The position numbers and the translations under genes are program-made. DNA of 64,000 nucleotides, from NCBI GenBank assembly GCA_963740315.1, contig CAVUDP010000003.1:1-64000 (forward strand), written 5' to 3'. Below are positions 8,026-18,213 of the stretch, one piece after another; the stretch's first letter is position 1; each line of letters starts with the position of its first letter. The notes under the pieces were generated by a model that was not told the DNA's origin, ran no database searches, and saw nothing but the letters and a program-made list of their open reading frames with translations. This stretch comes from an uncultured cyanobacterium. GTDB lineage: Bacteria > Cyanobacteriota > Cyanobacteriia > Cyanobacteriales > Nostocaceae.

Positions 8026-10566
8026 ATGTATACAGAAGAAATTAGAATTAGCGGTACGGTTCAAGGAGTTGGTTTTCGTCCTACAGTTTACCGTATTGCT
8101 AAAGATTTAAAATTAAAGGGTGATGTTTGTAATGACGGTGAAGGTGTATTGATTAGAGTATCTGGTAGTCAAGCATCTATAGAGGAATTTATTAACAGAA
8201 TACAGCAAGAATCTCCTCGTTTAGCTAATATCGATCGCTTAACACGAATTCCTTCTCAAGGAGAGTTAGTATTTAATGATTTCGTAATTTCTGATAGTAT
8301 TAATACCGCGATAAAAACACAAATTGTTCCGGATGCTGCGACTTGTGAAAATTGCAAACAAGAAATTTTCGATCCTTTAAGTCGTTATTATCGTTACCCT
8401 TTTACAAACTGCACTGATTGCGGACCGCGTTTGAGTATCATTAACGCAATTCCTTACGATCGCAATAACACCAGCATGGCAAAGTTTGCGAAATGTTCCC
8501 AATGCAGCAAGGAATACGCAGACATCGAAAACCGTCGCTTTCACGCACAACCAGTAGCCTGCTATACCTGCGGTCCTCAAGCATGGTTAGAGCGTGCTGA
8601 TGGTAAACCCGTCACGGCTGCGATGTTTTCGATGTTGGATGATATTGATGCTGTCTGTACCTTATTGCAAAAAGGTGAAATAGTCGCAATCAAAGGCTTG
8701 GGGGGAATCCATCTTGCTTGTGACGCTACCAATAATGCAGCAGTAGAAAAACTCCGTCAACGAAAGCAACGCGACAACAAACCCTTCGCTTTGATGGCAA
8801 GAGATATACAAGTAATCGAACAATATTGTAAACCAACACCCAAAGAAAAAGAAATATTAGAGAGCGCGATCGCACCAATTGTCCTAATTAAGATTCCCCC
8901 CATCCCCCCCTTCGGGTTGCGCCACTTGCTACAAGTCGGGGAACCCGCCCAACGCAGTGGCTTACCATCTCCTCATCTCCCCCTTCGGGTTGCGCCACTT
9001 GCTACAAGTCGGGGAACCCGCCCAACGCAGTGGCTTACCATCCCCCTCTCTCCCTCAATCGCACCGCGACAAAACACCTTGGGTTTCATGCTACCTTATA
9101 CACCTTTGCATCATTTAATTTTAAGGAGAATGAATCGTCCAATTGTGTTAACTAGCGGTAATGTTTCCGATGAACCGCAATGTATTAATAACGATGAAGC
9201 ACGAGAAAAGTTAAGTAAAATAGCCGATTATTTTTTGTTTCATAATAGAGACATTATTAATCGAGTTGATGATTCGGTGGTAAGAATTGTAGGGGAGAAA
9301 TTACAAATTATTCGCAGAGCTAGAGGATACACCCCAGCGCCAATCAATTTACCGTCAGGTTTTGAAAATGTCCCGCAAATATTAGCAATGGGTGGCGAGT
9401 TGAAAAATACCTTTTGTTTATTGAGGGATGGAAAAGCAATTTTATCTCAGCACTTAGGAGATTTAGCAAACGCGGCGGTTTTTGAAAGCTATCGGGAAAC
9501 GCTGAATTTATATTTAAACTTATTTGAACATCAACCGGAAGCTGTAGCTGTAGATAAACATCCGGAATATTTATCAACCAAACTCGGTAAAGAATTAGCA
9601 GTTGCAAATCAAATCAAAATAGATGATATTCAGCACCATCACGCCCATATAGCCGCCTGTATGGCAGAAAATCAATTACCTTTAGATTCAAAACCCGTTT
9701 TAGGTATTGCTTTAGACGGTTTAGGTTACGGTGAAGATAATACCCTGTGGGGAGGAGAGTTTTTATTAGCAGATTATCGTAATTTTATTAGATTAGCTAC
9801 CCTGAAACCATTTCCCTTAATAGGTGGCGAACAAGCAACTTATCAACCCTGGCGTAATACCTACTCTCAATTAATATCAAACTTTACTTGGTCAGAAATT
9901 CAACGAAATTATGGAAACTTAGAAATTATAAAATACTTAGATGAAAAACCACTCACACTTATTAATAAAATTCGAGAACGATCGTTAAATACACCTTTAA
10001 CATCTTCGACAGGAAGATTATTTGATGCAGTAGCAGCAGCTATCGGAATTTGCCGAGAACAATGTAGCTACGAAGGACAAGCAGCAATCGAAATGGAAGC
10101 ATTAATAGAGGAAAAACTATTAAATCAACGTAAAGAAACGCTAACTTATCCATTTAAAATTAACTTTTTAGATAACATTTATTATATAGACCCACATCCC
10201 ATGTGGAAAGCACTCCTTAACGACTTACAACAGAAAGCCTCCGCAAAAATCATTGCTGCCAGATTTCATATAGGATTAGCGATCGCCATTGTAAAAACAG
10301 TAAATACTCTGCGTCAACAACACCCAATCGATCGCGTAGCCCTTACCGGAGGAGTATTTCAAAATCGTATTCTATTACAACAAGTTACCAACCGCTTACA
10401 AGCATCCGGAATCAACGTACTCACTCACAGCTTAGTTCCCTGTAACGACGGTGGTTTATCCCTTGGGCAAGCCGTAATTGCAGCAGCGAGATGGAAGGGA
10501 TGGGGGGATGGGGAGATGGGGAGTACTTCGACAAGCTCAGTAACCTTTGGGGAGAGGGGGAGATAA
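8026..10566 (+). CDS. hypF: Carbamoyltransferase HypF with an in-frame repeat-derived insertion
   Basis: Acylphosphatase GTVQGVGFRP, two CxxC-x18-CxxC zinc fingers, QHHHAH and PCNDGG motifs. Likely start is ATG 8026. Confidence 0.97.
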   Translation: MYTEEIRISGTVQGVGFRPTVYRIAKDLKLKGDVCNDGEGVLIRVSGSQASIEEFINRIQQESPRLANIDRLTRIPSQGELVFNDFVISDSINTAIKTQIVPDAATCENCKQEIFDPLSRYYRYPFTNCTDCGPRLSIINAIPYDRNNTSMAKFAKCSQCSKEYADIENRRFHAQPVACYTCGPQAWLERADGKPVTAAMFSMLDDIDAVCTLLQKGEIVAIKGLGGIHLACDATNNAAVEKLRQRKQRDNKPFALMARDIQVIEQYCKPTPKEKEILESAIAPIVLIKIPPIPPFGLRHLLQVGEPAQRSGLPSPHLPLRVAPLATSRGTRPTQWLTIPLSPSIAPRQNTLGFMLPYTPLHHLILRRMNRPIVLTSGNVSDEPQCINNDEAREKLSKIADYFLFHNRDIINRVDDSVVRIVGEKLQIIRRARGYTPAPINLPSGFENVPQILAMGGELKNTFCLLRDGKAILSQHLGDLANAAVFESYRETLNLYLNLFEHQPEAVAVDKHPEYLSTKLGKELAVANQIKIDDIQHHHAHIAACMAENQLPLDSKPVLGIALDGLGYGEDNTLWGGEFLLADYRNFIRLATLKPFPLIGGEQATYQPWRNTYSQLISNFTWSEIQRNYGNLEIIKYLDEKPLTLINKIRERSLNTPLTSSTGRLFDAVAAAIGICREQCSYEGQAAIEMEALIEEKLLNQRKETLTYPFKINFLDNIYYIDPHPMWKALLNDLQQKASAKIIAARFHIGLAIAIVKTVNTLRQQHPIDRVALTGGVFQNRILLQQVTNRLQASGINVLTHSLVPCNDGGLSLGQAVIAAARWKGWGDGEMGSTSTSSVTFGERGR
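8906..9042 (+). repeat. Two identical 64-bp short dispersed repeats (73-bp period) inside hypF
   Basis: CCCCCTTCGGGTTGCGCCACTTGCTACAAGTCGGGGAACCCGCCCAACGCAGTGGCTTACCATC at 8906-8969 and 8979-9042. Confidence 0.9.
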
Positions 10567-10658
10567 GGGGAAAGATAATTATTAACTTCTAACTCCTAAT
10601 TCCTAACTCTTCACTCCTAACTATCTCCAATTACCAATTACCAATTACCAATTAGCAA

Positions 10659-10913
10659 ATGTGTCTAGGAATACCCGGTCAAATAATAGAAATAAACGAC
10701 GTTACAAACAAACTTGCAACAGTTGAAGTAAGCGGTGTAAAACGTCAGGTTAATATCGCTTGCATCGTAGACGAACAACATCCTCCCGAATCGTGTATTG
10801 GAGATTGGGTATTAGTTCACGTCGGTTTCGCAATGAATCGAATTAACGAAAAAGACGCAAAAGAAACACTGCAATTACTCCAAGAAATGGCTGAGTTAAT
10901 GGTTGACTACTAA
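10659..10913 (+). CDS. hypC: Hydrogenase maturation chaperone HypC
   Basis: MCLGIPG N-terminus, GDWVLVHVGFA. Confidence 0.98.
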   Translation: MCLGIPGQIIEINDVTNKLATVEVSGVKRQVNIACIVDEQHPPESCIGDWVLVHVGFAMNRINEKDAKETLQLLQEMAELMVDY

Positions 10914-10963
10914 ATAAATGTAGAGACGTAGCATTGCTACGTCTACTAGGAGTTAAAAAGATA

Positions 10964-12070
10964 ATGAAATACGTAGATGAATTCCGAGATATTTATAAAG
11001 CAGAAGCCTTAGAATGGCAAATTCAAAAGTTAGGTAACTTACTGAAAAAACCCGTCAAAATCATGGAAGTTTGCGGGGGACATACACATTCTATTTTTAA
11101 ATATGGCATAGAAGAACTCCTACCAAATTCAGTTGAATTAATCCACGGTCCCGGTTGTCCGGTATGCGTAATGCCAAAAGGTAGAATAGATGATGCAATT
11201 TATATCGCTCAAAATCCTGACGTTATCTTAACAACCTTCGGCGATACAATGCGGGTTCCGGGTTCAAAAATTAGTTTGTTGCAAGCTAAAGCCCAAGGTG
11301 CTGATATTCGTATGGTTTACTCGCCATTGGATTGTTTGCAAATTGCTAAAAATAACCCCGAAAAAGAAGTCGTATTTTTTGCGATCGGCTTTGAAACAAC
11401 GGCACCGAGTACAGCTTTAACAATCCTGCAAGCAGCAGCAGAAAATATTAAAAATTTTAGTATGTTCAGCAATCACGTATTAGTGATTCCCGCACTCAAA
11501 GCATTACTAGATAATCCCGACTTACAGTTAGATGGATTTGTAGGTCCCGGTCATGTCAGTATGGTAATTGGATCTAATCCTTACCAGTTTATTTCCCAAG
11601 AATATAAAAAACCAATCGTTATATCCGGCTTTGAACCTTTAGATATTTTGCAATCAATTTGGATGCTATTGTGGCAGTTTGTAGAAAATCGTTGCGAAGT
11701 AGAAAATCAATATAGTCGCTTAGTTGAAACCCAAGGAAATCAACAAGCAATTGAAGCCATAAATAAAGTATTTGAAGTAAGAAAAACATTTGAATGGAGA
11801 GGATTAGACGAAATACCATACTCCGGTTTAAAAATACGTTCTGAATACGCAAAATTCGACGCTGAAACTAAATTTACCATTCCTAATTTAAAAATATCCG
11901 ACCATAAAGCCTGTCAATGTGGAGAAATTCTCAAAGGAGTTTTGAAACCTTGGGAATGTAAAGTATTCGGCACAGCTTGTACTCCAGAAAATCCAATTGG
12001 TTCGTGCATGGTTTCCTCCGAAGGTGCTTGTGCAGCTTATTACAAATACGGCGGAATCAGTGAGCAGTGA
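10964..12070 (+). CDS. hypD: Hydrogenase maturation protein HypD
   Basis: MEVCGGHTH, GPGCPVC, GFETT and CMVSSEGACAAYY motifs. Likely start MKYVDEFR at 10964. Confidence 0.98.
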   Translation: MKYVDEFRDIYKAEALEWQIQKLGNLLKKPVKIMEVCGGHTHSIFKYGIEELLPNSVELIHGPGCPVCVMPKGRIDDAIYIAQNPDVILTTFGDTMRVPGSKISLLQAKAQGADIRMVYSPLDCLQIAKNNPEKEVVFFAIGFETTAPSTALTILQAAAENIKNFSMFSNHVLVIPALKALLDNPDLQLDGFVGPGHVSMVIGSNPYQFISQEYKKPIVISGFEPLDILQSIWMLLWQFVENRCEVENQYSRLVETQGNQQAIEAINKVFEVRKTFEWRGLDEIPYSGLKIRSEYAKFDAETKFTIPNLKISDHKACQCGEILKGVLKPWECKVFGTACTPENPIGSCMVSSEGACAAYYKYGGISEQ

Positions 12071-12174
12071 ACAGTGAACAGTGAACAGTTATCAATTATA
12101 AAACGAGTAAGTAACTATAAATTTACCTTTGATCTTAAACCTTTGACCTTTGACCTTTAACCTTTAACCTAATT

Positions 12175-12390
12175 ATGCCATTTATTACTATTAAAATTGC
12201 TAAAGGACATTCCATAGAAAAGAAGCGAGAATTAGCCAAAGCTATCACCGATGCAATGGTTTCTACAATGGGTACAAAACCCGAATGGGTAACAATTCAT
12301 ATTGATGAATTTGAACGCGATAATTGGTCAGTTGGAGGTACTTTACATTCCGATAAACATAAAGGAAGACATCTAGAAAAAGGCGTTTAA
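12175..12390 (+). CDS. 4-oxalocrotonate tautomerase family protein
   Basis: N-terminal Pro (MPFITIK), 71 aa, W.VGG motif, in the conserved hypD-hypE position. Confidence 0.9.
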   Translation: MPFITIKIAKGHSIEKKRELAKAITDAMVSTMGTKPEWVTIHIDEFERDNWSVGGTLHSDKHKGRHLEKGV

Positions 12391-12472
12391 TTAACTAGTC
12401 CACGCAGGTGGACTTTGCCTGTGTAGCAGCGAATTAATTCGCCATCTATGTTCAAATTTTCAAACATAAAAA

Positions 12473-13564
12473 ATGTCAACCTTTCCCCAAAATAAATTTT
12501 TTAAAAATCTCGAAAAAAACCGCAAAAGAAAAGCCAAAGTAACCGATATTCACATCACCCTCGCGCATGGTAGTGGCGGAAAAGCGATGCGGGATTTGAT
12601 TGATGATATCTTTGTTACTACTTTTAATAATCCGATTTTATCCCAATTAGAAGATCAAGCAAAATTTGATTTAGCCAACTTAATGCAGCTTGGAGATAAG
12701 CTAGCTTTTACAACTGATTCTTATGTTGTAGATCCTTTATTTTTCCCTGGCAGCAACATTGGTGAATTAGCCGTTAACGGTACTGTAAACGATCTAGCCG
12801 TCAGCGGTGCAAAACCTTTATATCTAACCTGTAGCGTAATTTTAGAAGAAGGTTTATCTGTAGAAACATTACGCCAAGTTGCTCAAAGTATGCAAACAGC
12901 AGCACAAAAAGCAGGGGTACAAATTGTCACTGGCGATACAAAAGTTGTTCAACGAGGTGCTGTAGATAAACTGTTTATCAATACAACTGGAATAGGCGTT
13001 ATTCGTCCTCATATTTGTATCTCTGCTAGCAATATAAAAGCCGGAGATGCGATAATTATTAATGGAGAAATAGGAAATCATGGAACGGCAATTTTAATTG
13101 CTCGTGGGGAATTAGCGTTAGAATCCGATATTGAAAGTGACTGTCAGCCATTGCACGATTTGGTTACAAAAATACTCGATATTTGTCCCGAAATTCATGC
13201 AATGCGCGATGCAACTAGAGGTGGTTTAGCTACAGTTTTAAACGAATTTGCCTTAACTTCTAATGTCGGAATTCGTATTGAAGAAAAATCGATTCCCATT
13301 CGTGAAGAAGTCAAAGGTGTTTGCGAAATCTTAGGTTTAGAACCATTATACTTAGCAAACGAAGGTAAATTAGTAGTAGCTGTAGCAAGCGAAAACGCCG
13401 ATAAAGTTTTATCAGCAATGCGATCGCATCCAGCAGGAAAAAACGCTGCAATCATCGGTAAAGTAACTGAATCACCCCAAGGAATAGTATCTTTAAAAAC
13501 TAGCTTCGGTGCCGAAAGAATCATTGATATGTTAGTCGGCGAACAACTACCAAGAATATGTTAG
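12473..13564 (+). CDS. hypE: Carbamoyl dehydratase HypE
   Basis: TLAHGSGG, FTTDSYVV, MRDATRGG, C-terminal PRIC. Confidence 0.98.
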   Translation: MSTFPQNKFFKNLEKNRKRKAKVTDIHITLAHGSGGKAMRDLIDDIFVTTFNNPILSQLEDQAKFDLANLMQLGDKLAFTTDSYVVDPLFFPGSNIGELAVNGTVNDLAVSGAKPLYLTCSVILEEGLSVETLRQVAQSMQTAAQKAGVQIVTGDTKVVQRGAVDKLFINTTGIGVIRPHICISASNIKAGDAIIINGEIGNHGTAILIARGELALESDIESDCQPLHDLVTKILDICPEIHAMRDATRGGLATVLNEFALTSNVGIRIEEKSIPIREEVKGVCEILGLEPLYLANEGKLVVAVASENADKVLSAMRSHPAGKNAAIIGKVTESPQGIVSLKTSFGAERIIDMLVGEQLPRIC

Positions 13565-13662
13565 TTGTTAGTGGTTAGTTGTTAGTTGTTTAATTTTTAT
13601 TTATTTGATTTTAACTGCTGACTGCTGACTGCTGACTGTTCACTGCTCACTGCTCACTGAAA

Positions 13663-14004
13663 ATGCACGAACTTGGAATTACTCAAAATATAGTATCAAT
13701 TGTTGTCGAACATGCTCAAGGAAAAAAAGTCCAGCGAGTTTTATTAGAAATCGGTAAGCTATCAGCAATTATGCCCGATGCCGTAAAATTCTGTTTTGAT
13801 ATTTGTTCTCAAGGTACGGTTTTAGAAAAAGCAAAGTTAGAAATTATTGAAATTTCCGGTTTAGCTGTTTGTCGTCAATGCGCTACGGAAATTACTTTAG
13901 AAAAACCTTTTGGAAAATGTAATTGTGGCAGCACGCAATTAGATTTAATTGCTGGAGAAGAATTGAAAATCAAGGAAATAGAAGTGGAAGAATTATGTGT
14001 GTAA
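13663..14004 (+). CDS. hypA: Nickel metallochaperone HypA
   Basis: MHE N-terminus, CRQC and CNCG zinc site. Confidence 0.97.
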   Translation: MHELGITQNIVSIVVEHAQGKKVQRVLLEIGKLSAIMPDAVKFCFDICSQGTVLEKAKLEIIEISGLAVCRQCATEITLEKPFGKCNCGSTQLDLIAGEELKIKEIEVEELCV

Positions 14005-14819
14005 CCTGTGGTTGTTCGGATGATAGCGCTAAAATTACTCATCCTCAAACGGGTGAAGTAGTAGGAATTAATTCTCATCATACTCATACCTTACCCGATG
14101 GTACGGTAATTAATCATTCTCATCACGATACAGTTAACGATGCATCAGTTCATGCCAAAATTCATAATACAACCATATCGTTAGAACAAAATATTTTAGC
14201 TAAAAATAATTTAATCGCAGCCCAAAATCGCGGCTGGTTTAAAGGCAGAAATATTCTCGCGTTAAATTTAATGAGTTCCCCCGGCTCTGGAAAAACAACT
14301 TTGTTAACTCGCACTATTAACGATTTAAAAAATAAATTAACTATCAGTGTAATTGAAGGCGATCAAGAAACAATCAACGATGCCAAAAAAATCGAAGCAA
14401 CTGGCTGTAAAGTTGTACAAATAAATACGGGAACTGGCTGTCATCTCGATGCATTGATGGTAGAGAAAGGTTTACAAAAACTTAATCCCAGCCTTGATTC
14501 GGTAGTTATGATTGAAAACGTCGGAAACTTAGTTTGTCCGGCTTTATTTGATTTAGGCGAACAAGCAAAAGTTACCATTCTTTCAGTTACGGAAGGGGAA
14601 GATAAACCAATCAAATATCCCCATATTTTTAGAGCTAGTGACGTAATGATAATTACGAAAATAGATTTGTTACCTTACGTGCAGTTTGATGTAGAAAAAT
14701 GTATCGAATATGCACGACAAGTTAATCCCAATATGCGGATTTTTCAAGTTTCCGCAATGACTGGAGAAGGGTTAGAAGATTGGTATCGGTGGTTGGGGAT
14801 GACAGAAGTTAGGAGTTAA
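13995..14819 (+). CDS. hypB: Nickel-insertion GTPase HypB
   Basis: MCVTCGC start overlapping the hypA end, His-rich linker, SSPGSGKTT, ENVGNLVCP, TKID. Confidence 0.97.
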   Translation: MCVTCGCSDDSAKITHPQTGEVVGINSHHTHTLPDGTVINHSHHDTVNDASVHAKIHNTTISLEQNILAKNNLIAAQNRGWFKGRNILALNLMSSPGSGKTTLLTRTINDLKNKLTISVIEGDQETINDAKKIEATGCKVVQINTGTGCHLDALMVEKGLQKLNPSLDSVVMIENVGNLVCPALFDLGEQAKVTILSVTEGEDKPIKYPHIFRASDVMIITKIDLLPYVQFDVEKCIEYARQVNPNMRIFQVSAMTGEGLEDWYRWLGMTEVRS

Positions 14820-14886
14820 TAATTTGTATTGGTAAAATGCACCTACTTTGTAGCTATTTTAGATGCTTAACTATGAATAAAACCAA

Positions 14887-15036
14887 TTAAAGTCCACATT
14901 CATCTGATTCGATAGTAAGCAACAATACTCGGTTTACCAACTGCACAACCACGCGCAATGAAAGTAATGATATTCCAATGAAAATTGCAAAAAGCGGTAA
15001 CATCCAAAACCACTCCGAAAAACTTACTAGTTTCAT
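14887..15036 (-). CDS. Putative 49-aa single-pass membrane protein (below ORF-track cutoff)
   Basis: MKLVSFSEWFWMLPLFAIFIGISLLSLRVVVQLVNRVLLLTIESDECGL*, with AGGA shortly upstream of the ATG. Confidence 0.45.
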   Translation of the reverse strand: MKLVSFSEWFWMLPLFAIFIGISLLSLRVVVQLVNRVLLLTIESDECGL

Positions 15037-15180
15037 CGAAATATTCCTGTTGTATTCTTAGATTTTCTATCTCTTAATATAAACTTAGGTGAACTAATAA
15101 CTAAGTCTTAAAAAATACATTGTTTTTGTTTTTACAATTAGTTTATGTCTGGTTTAAATAACTCATATGTACTTTTTACT

Positions 15181-15298
15181 CAAATCTTGCACCAGTTTCA
15201 GAAACCCGGTTTCTTTGTGATTTCACAACGAGATATTCACGCTTTCAGGACAAGAAACCGGGTTTATTTAGGCGGAATTGAGAATGGTGCAAGATGTG
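15181..15298. mobile_element. MITE-like element with 14-bp TIRs
   Basis: CAAATCTTGCACCA ... TGGTGCAAGATGTG (13/14 inverted match) with an internal AAACCCGGTTTCTT/AAGAAACCGGGTTT palindrome. A solo end occurs at ~7604. Confidence 0.6.
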
Positions 15299-15617
15299 CT
15301 TTTTATTTAATTAGATATTGTTCTAAAATAATTACTTTTGTATCTTGATTTACCATACAATTAATCCCAATATGCTTATTTTTCAGGTTTCTGCGATCGC
15401 AAAGAAGCCTTAGATGATTGGTATAAGTGTTTGGGGATGGAGTTAGGAGTTAGGAGTGAGGAGTTATGAATTAAAGAATATCCAAAATATTTTTATGTAG
15501 CACCAGACTTTTAGTCTGAGGGATTTTTTTTATTAGATAACTCAAAATCTAAAATCCAAAATTTAAAAGATTAACTAAAGATTAATTCGCCATCCACGAA
15601 GAAAAAATGCTAAAACC

Positions 15618-16796
15618 GTGGTACCTTTTTACACCCTTTTCATAAATATGGTTCGTCGCATCGGTTATTGGTTTGAATCTCGTTTTAGTGCCCCTGCATA
15701 CGGTGGTTTGGTTTTAGCGGGAATTGCAATTTGTTTTTTGGGGGCAGCTATGAATACTATGGCTGGCTGGTTATACGTTATCAGCGGGTTGAGTTTTGCT
15801 TTGTTGGGTTATGCTGCTGTTTTACCACCGAAATATTTAACGGGTTTGCTGCTTAAACGTCGGGCTATTCAACCAGTTACTGCTGGAGATGACTTAACTG
15901 TTGAATTGGAAATTTTTAATCAAACCAAGAAGCCGGTTTCTTTGTTGCAAGTAGAAGATAAATTACCTTTCGTTTTAGATAAACCACGGTTAGAGCCAAT
16001 CGAAACTATCTCGCCACAAACAACTTATAGCTGGGTATATTATCAGCCTACAGAACGTCGGGGTATTTACCGCTGGCAAAATGTAGAATTAGCTACCGCC
16101 GCACCTCTTGGGCTATTTTGGAGTCGCCGTCAACATGAGTTAAGCGCGATCGCAATTGTTTACCCGAAAGTTTTACCGCTCAAATCCTGTCCTTTAGTAG
16201 ATGATATGGGGAAGGAAGATAGCAGCAAAGGACAACCTCGCGGAAATCCTTTACAGACAGCCAGCCAAGGGCTAACACGTTCTTTACGCCCCTACCGTGT
16301 GGGGGACCCTTTGCGATTGATTCACTGGCGGAGTAGCGCCCGTTACGGAGATTTACGAGTACGAGAATTAGAAATGCTTACCAGCGGACAAGAAATTCTT
16401 ATTGCTATAGATAACGGAGAATGGGAAGAAAACAACTTTGAGCAAGCAGTAATTACCGCAGCTTCAATGTACTTCTACGCACAGAAACAGCAAATGCAAG
16501 TGCAACTATGGACTGCATCAACTGGTTTGATAAATAAAAAAAGAGATGTTCTCGAAGCTTTAGCGGCAATTCATCCCCAAGATGAAACGATTAAACCGCA
16601 GCCTACCGACAAACCTTTAATTTGGCTAACTCAAAATCCTTCAACATTTTCTTCGCTTCCTTACAGCAGTCGCTGGATGCTGTGGCAAGATAATTCATCA
16701 TCCAAGCAGGAATTTGTTATCAATAGAGACTATCCAGGAATAATCGTAGACTCCGAAAAATCGCTGCAAACTCAGCTGCAAACACCTTTGAGTTGA
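15618..16796 (+). CDS. DUF58 domain protein (MoxR-associated type)
   Basis: RRGIYRW, VYPKV and LRPYRVGDPLRLIHWRSSAR signature; N-terminal TM helices. Start may be ATG 15648. Confidence 0.9.
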   Translation: MVPFYTLFINMVRRIGYWFESRFSAPAYGGLVLAGIAICFLGAAMNTMAGWLYVISGLSFALLGYAAVLPPKYLTGLLLKRRAIQPVTAGDDLTVELEIFNQTKKPVSLLQVEDKLPFVLDKPRLEPIETISPQTTYSWVYYQPTERRGIYRWQNVELATAAPLGLFWSRRQHELSAIAIVYPKVLPLKSCPLVDDMGKEDSSKGQPRGNPLQTASQGLTRSLRPYRVGDPLRLIHWRSSARYGDLRVRELEMLTSGQEILIAIDNGEWEENNFEQAVITAASMYFYAQKQQMQVQLWTASTGLINKKRDVLEALAAIHPQDETIKPQPTDKPLIWLTQNPSTFSSLPYSSRWMLWQDNSSSKQEFVINRDYPGIIVDSEKSLQTQLQTPLS

Positions 16797-17176
16797 TAAT
16801 TATTATTCAATCTATATATTCAATAATTAAATCAAATAATCTTATTTGTGGAATAGTTTCAATAAATAACCCTAACGGGTAATGCTGAAGTTCAAGACTC
16901 TATTCCACAATATAACTATGAAGATGTTTAAAAAGTTTATATAGTTCCTTTGACTTTCTCTAAACCTAAGCTTTCAAAGCTTTTTATTGTAGGCTATAAA
17001 ATTTTGATGTTTAACATCATATTTAAACAACCTCTAAGCCAATAAAAATGAGAACCATCTAAAAATTAGGTGGTGAATTATTTCAAACCAAAGCATTGAA
17101 TATTTTGCTTAAAAGTCAGCAAAATTTAGTTTTTATGCCGATTGATTTCATTGTTGTTTATTTATAAGGTACCAAA

Positions 17177-18037
17177 ATGGTTTCCACTACTAATGTTTCC
17201 ACGTATGAACTGCTAGTCAAGCCTATTATTGATAGCCCTTCATCTCCAAATCGCACTGTTATTCAAGGCTATTTCCTGACAATCTCGAACCCTAGCTTGA
17301 GTAATCTACAAGTTCAACTGACATTTAAAGCTCGTACCCCTGATTTTAATTCCAGCCCGATAGTTGCATTTTGGGATGTCGATGGTACAAACAACCAACT
17401 AATGCCGGGACTTAACTTACCCTGCGTGCGTAGTTATTCTTTCGATCTTCCGGCGCTAGATACAGGACTATTTTTACTGCTGCCAGATGTTACACAACCC
17501 GACGTAATCAGCGATCGCAATACTGAAGTTCGCGGCTACGTTAGGTTAAGAATTGCTTCAGCTTCTCAAGTTGGAACAAACACAACCAGAACTCTGTTAC
17601 TGTCAGCCCAACAGCGAGGTACTTTCCTACCTCAAGGAAACCTCAACCCACCAGCAATTGGTGATTTTGACCAGCTTGCATACAGTCTACCTTTGGCAAC
17701 AGGCGCTTCTGAAGTTACTCTCGAACCTACTAATATTATTCGATCTGCTGCACTTTCCTTACCTAGTCGGCAACGCCTTTTCAAAGCTATCGAAGCGAAT
17801 CCAGCTTTCCTTAGTGATATTACTAACGAACCCCTGGTTCAACAGATAGCTGAGCTTAATGTCGAAGAGCAGAAACGTATGCTATACATCTTGCTGGAGC
17901 GCCTTCAGGGTAGTCCCCAAATTAGTCTGTCAAACGATGACTTAATGGATAATGTCCTTAACGCGACAGAGGCTAACGGTAACTTAGCAGACGATTTGCA
18001 AGAATCGATTGAGGCTAGTGGCACACCGCTTAAATAG
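17177..18037 (+). CDS. Hypothetical protein
   Basis: 286-aa ORF with AAGG RBS and a beta-rich N-terminal half; no family recognised. Confidence 0.7.
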   Translation: MVSTTNVSTYELLVKPIIDSPSSPNRTVIQGYFLTISNPSLSNLQVQLTFKARTPDFNSSPIVAFWDVDGTNNQLMPGLNLPCVRSYSFDLPALDTGLFLLLPDVTQPDVISDRNTEVRGYVRLRIASASQVGTNTTRTLLLSAQQRGTFLPQGNLNPPAIGDFDQLAYSLPLATGASEVTLEPTNIIRSAALSLPSRQRLFKAIEANPAFLSDITNEPLVQQIAELNVEEQKRMLYILLERLQGSPQISLSNDDLMDNVLNATEANGNLADDLQESIEASGTPLK

Positions 18038-18213
18038 CGCAACCACTTTTAATGGTCAGAAGTCGGGTTTTTAGAATACGTATTTGCAATACACTTACAA
18101 ATTTTATAAAAACCCGACTTCTCAACCGGAGCCGAGCCGTGTCTTCTGCCCTCTACTTACGACTATTTAATTAGCATCAAGTACGGAATAACCAAAATAC
18201 ATCAGGTAAAGAT

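Noticed and set aside
15145..15348. 67-aa ORF
   Set aside because: Mostly spans a MITE-like palindromic element and has no protein features.
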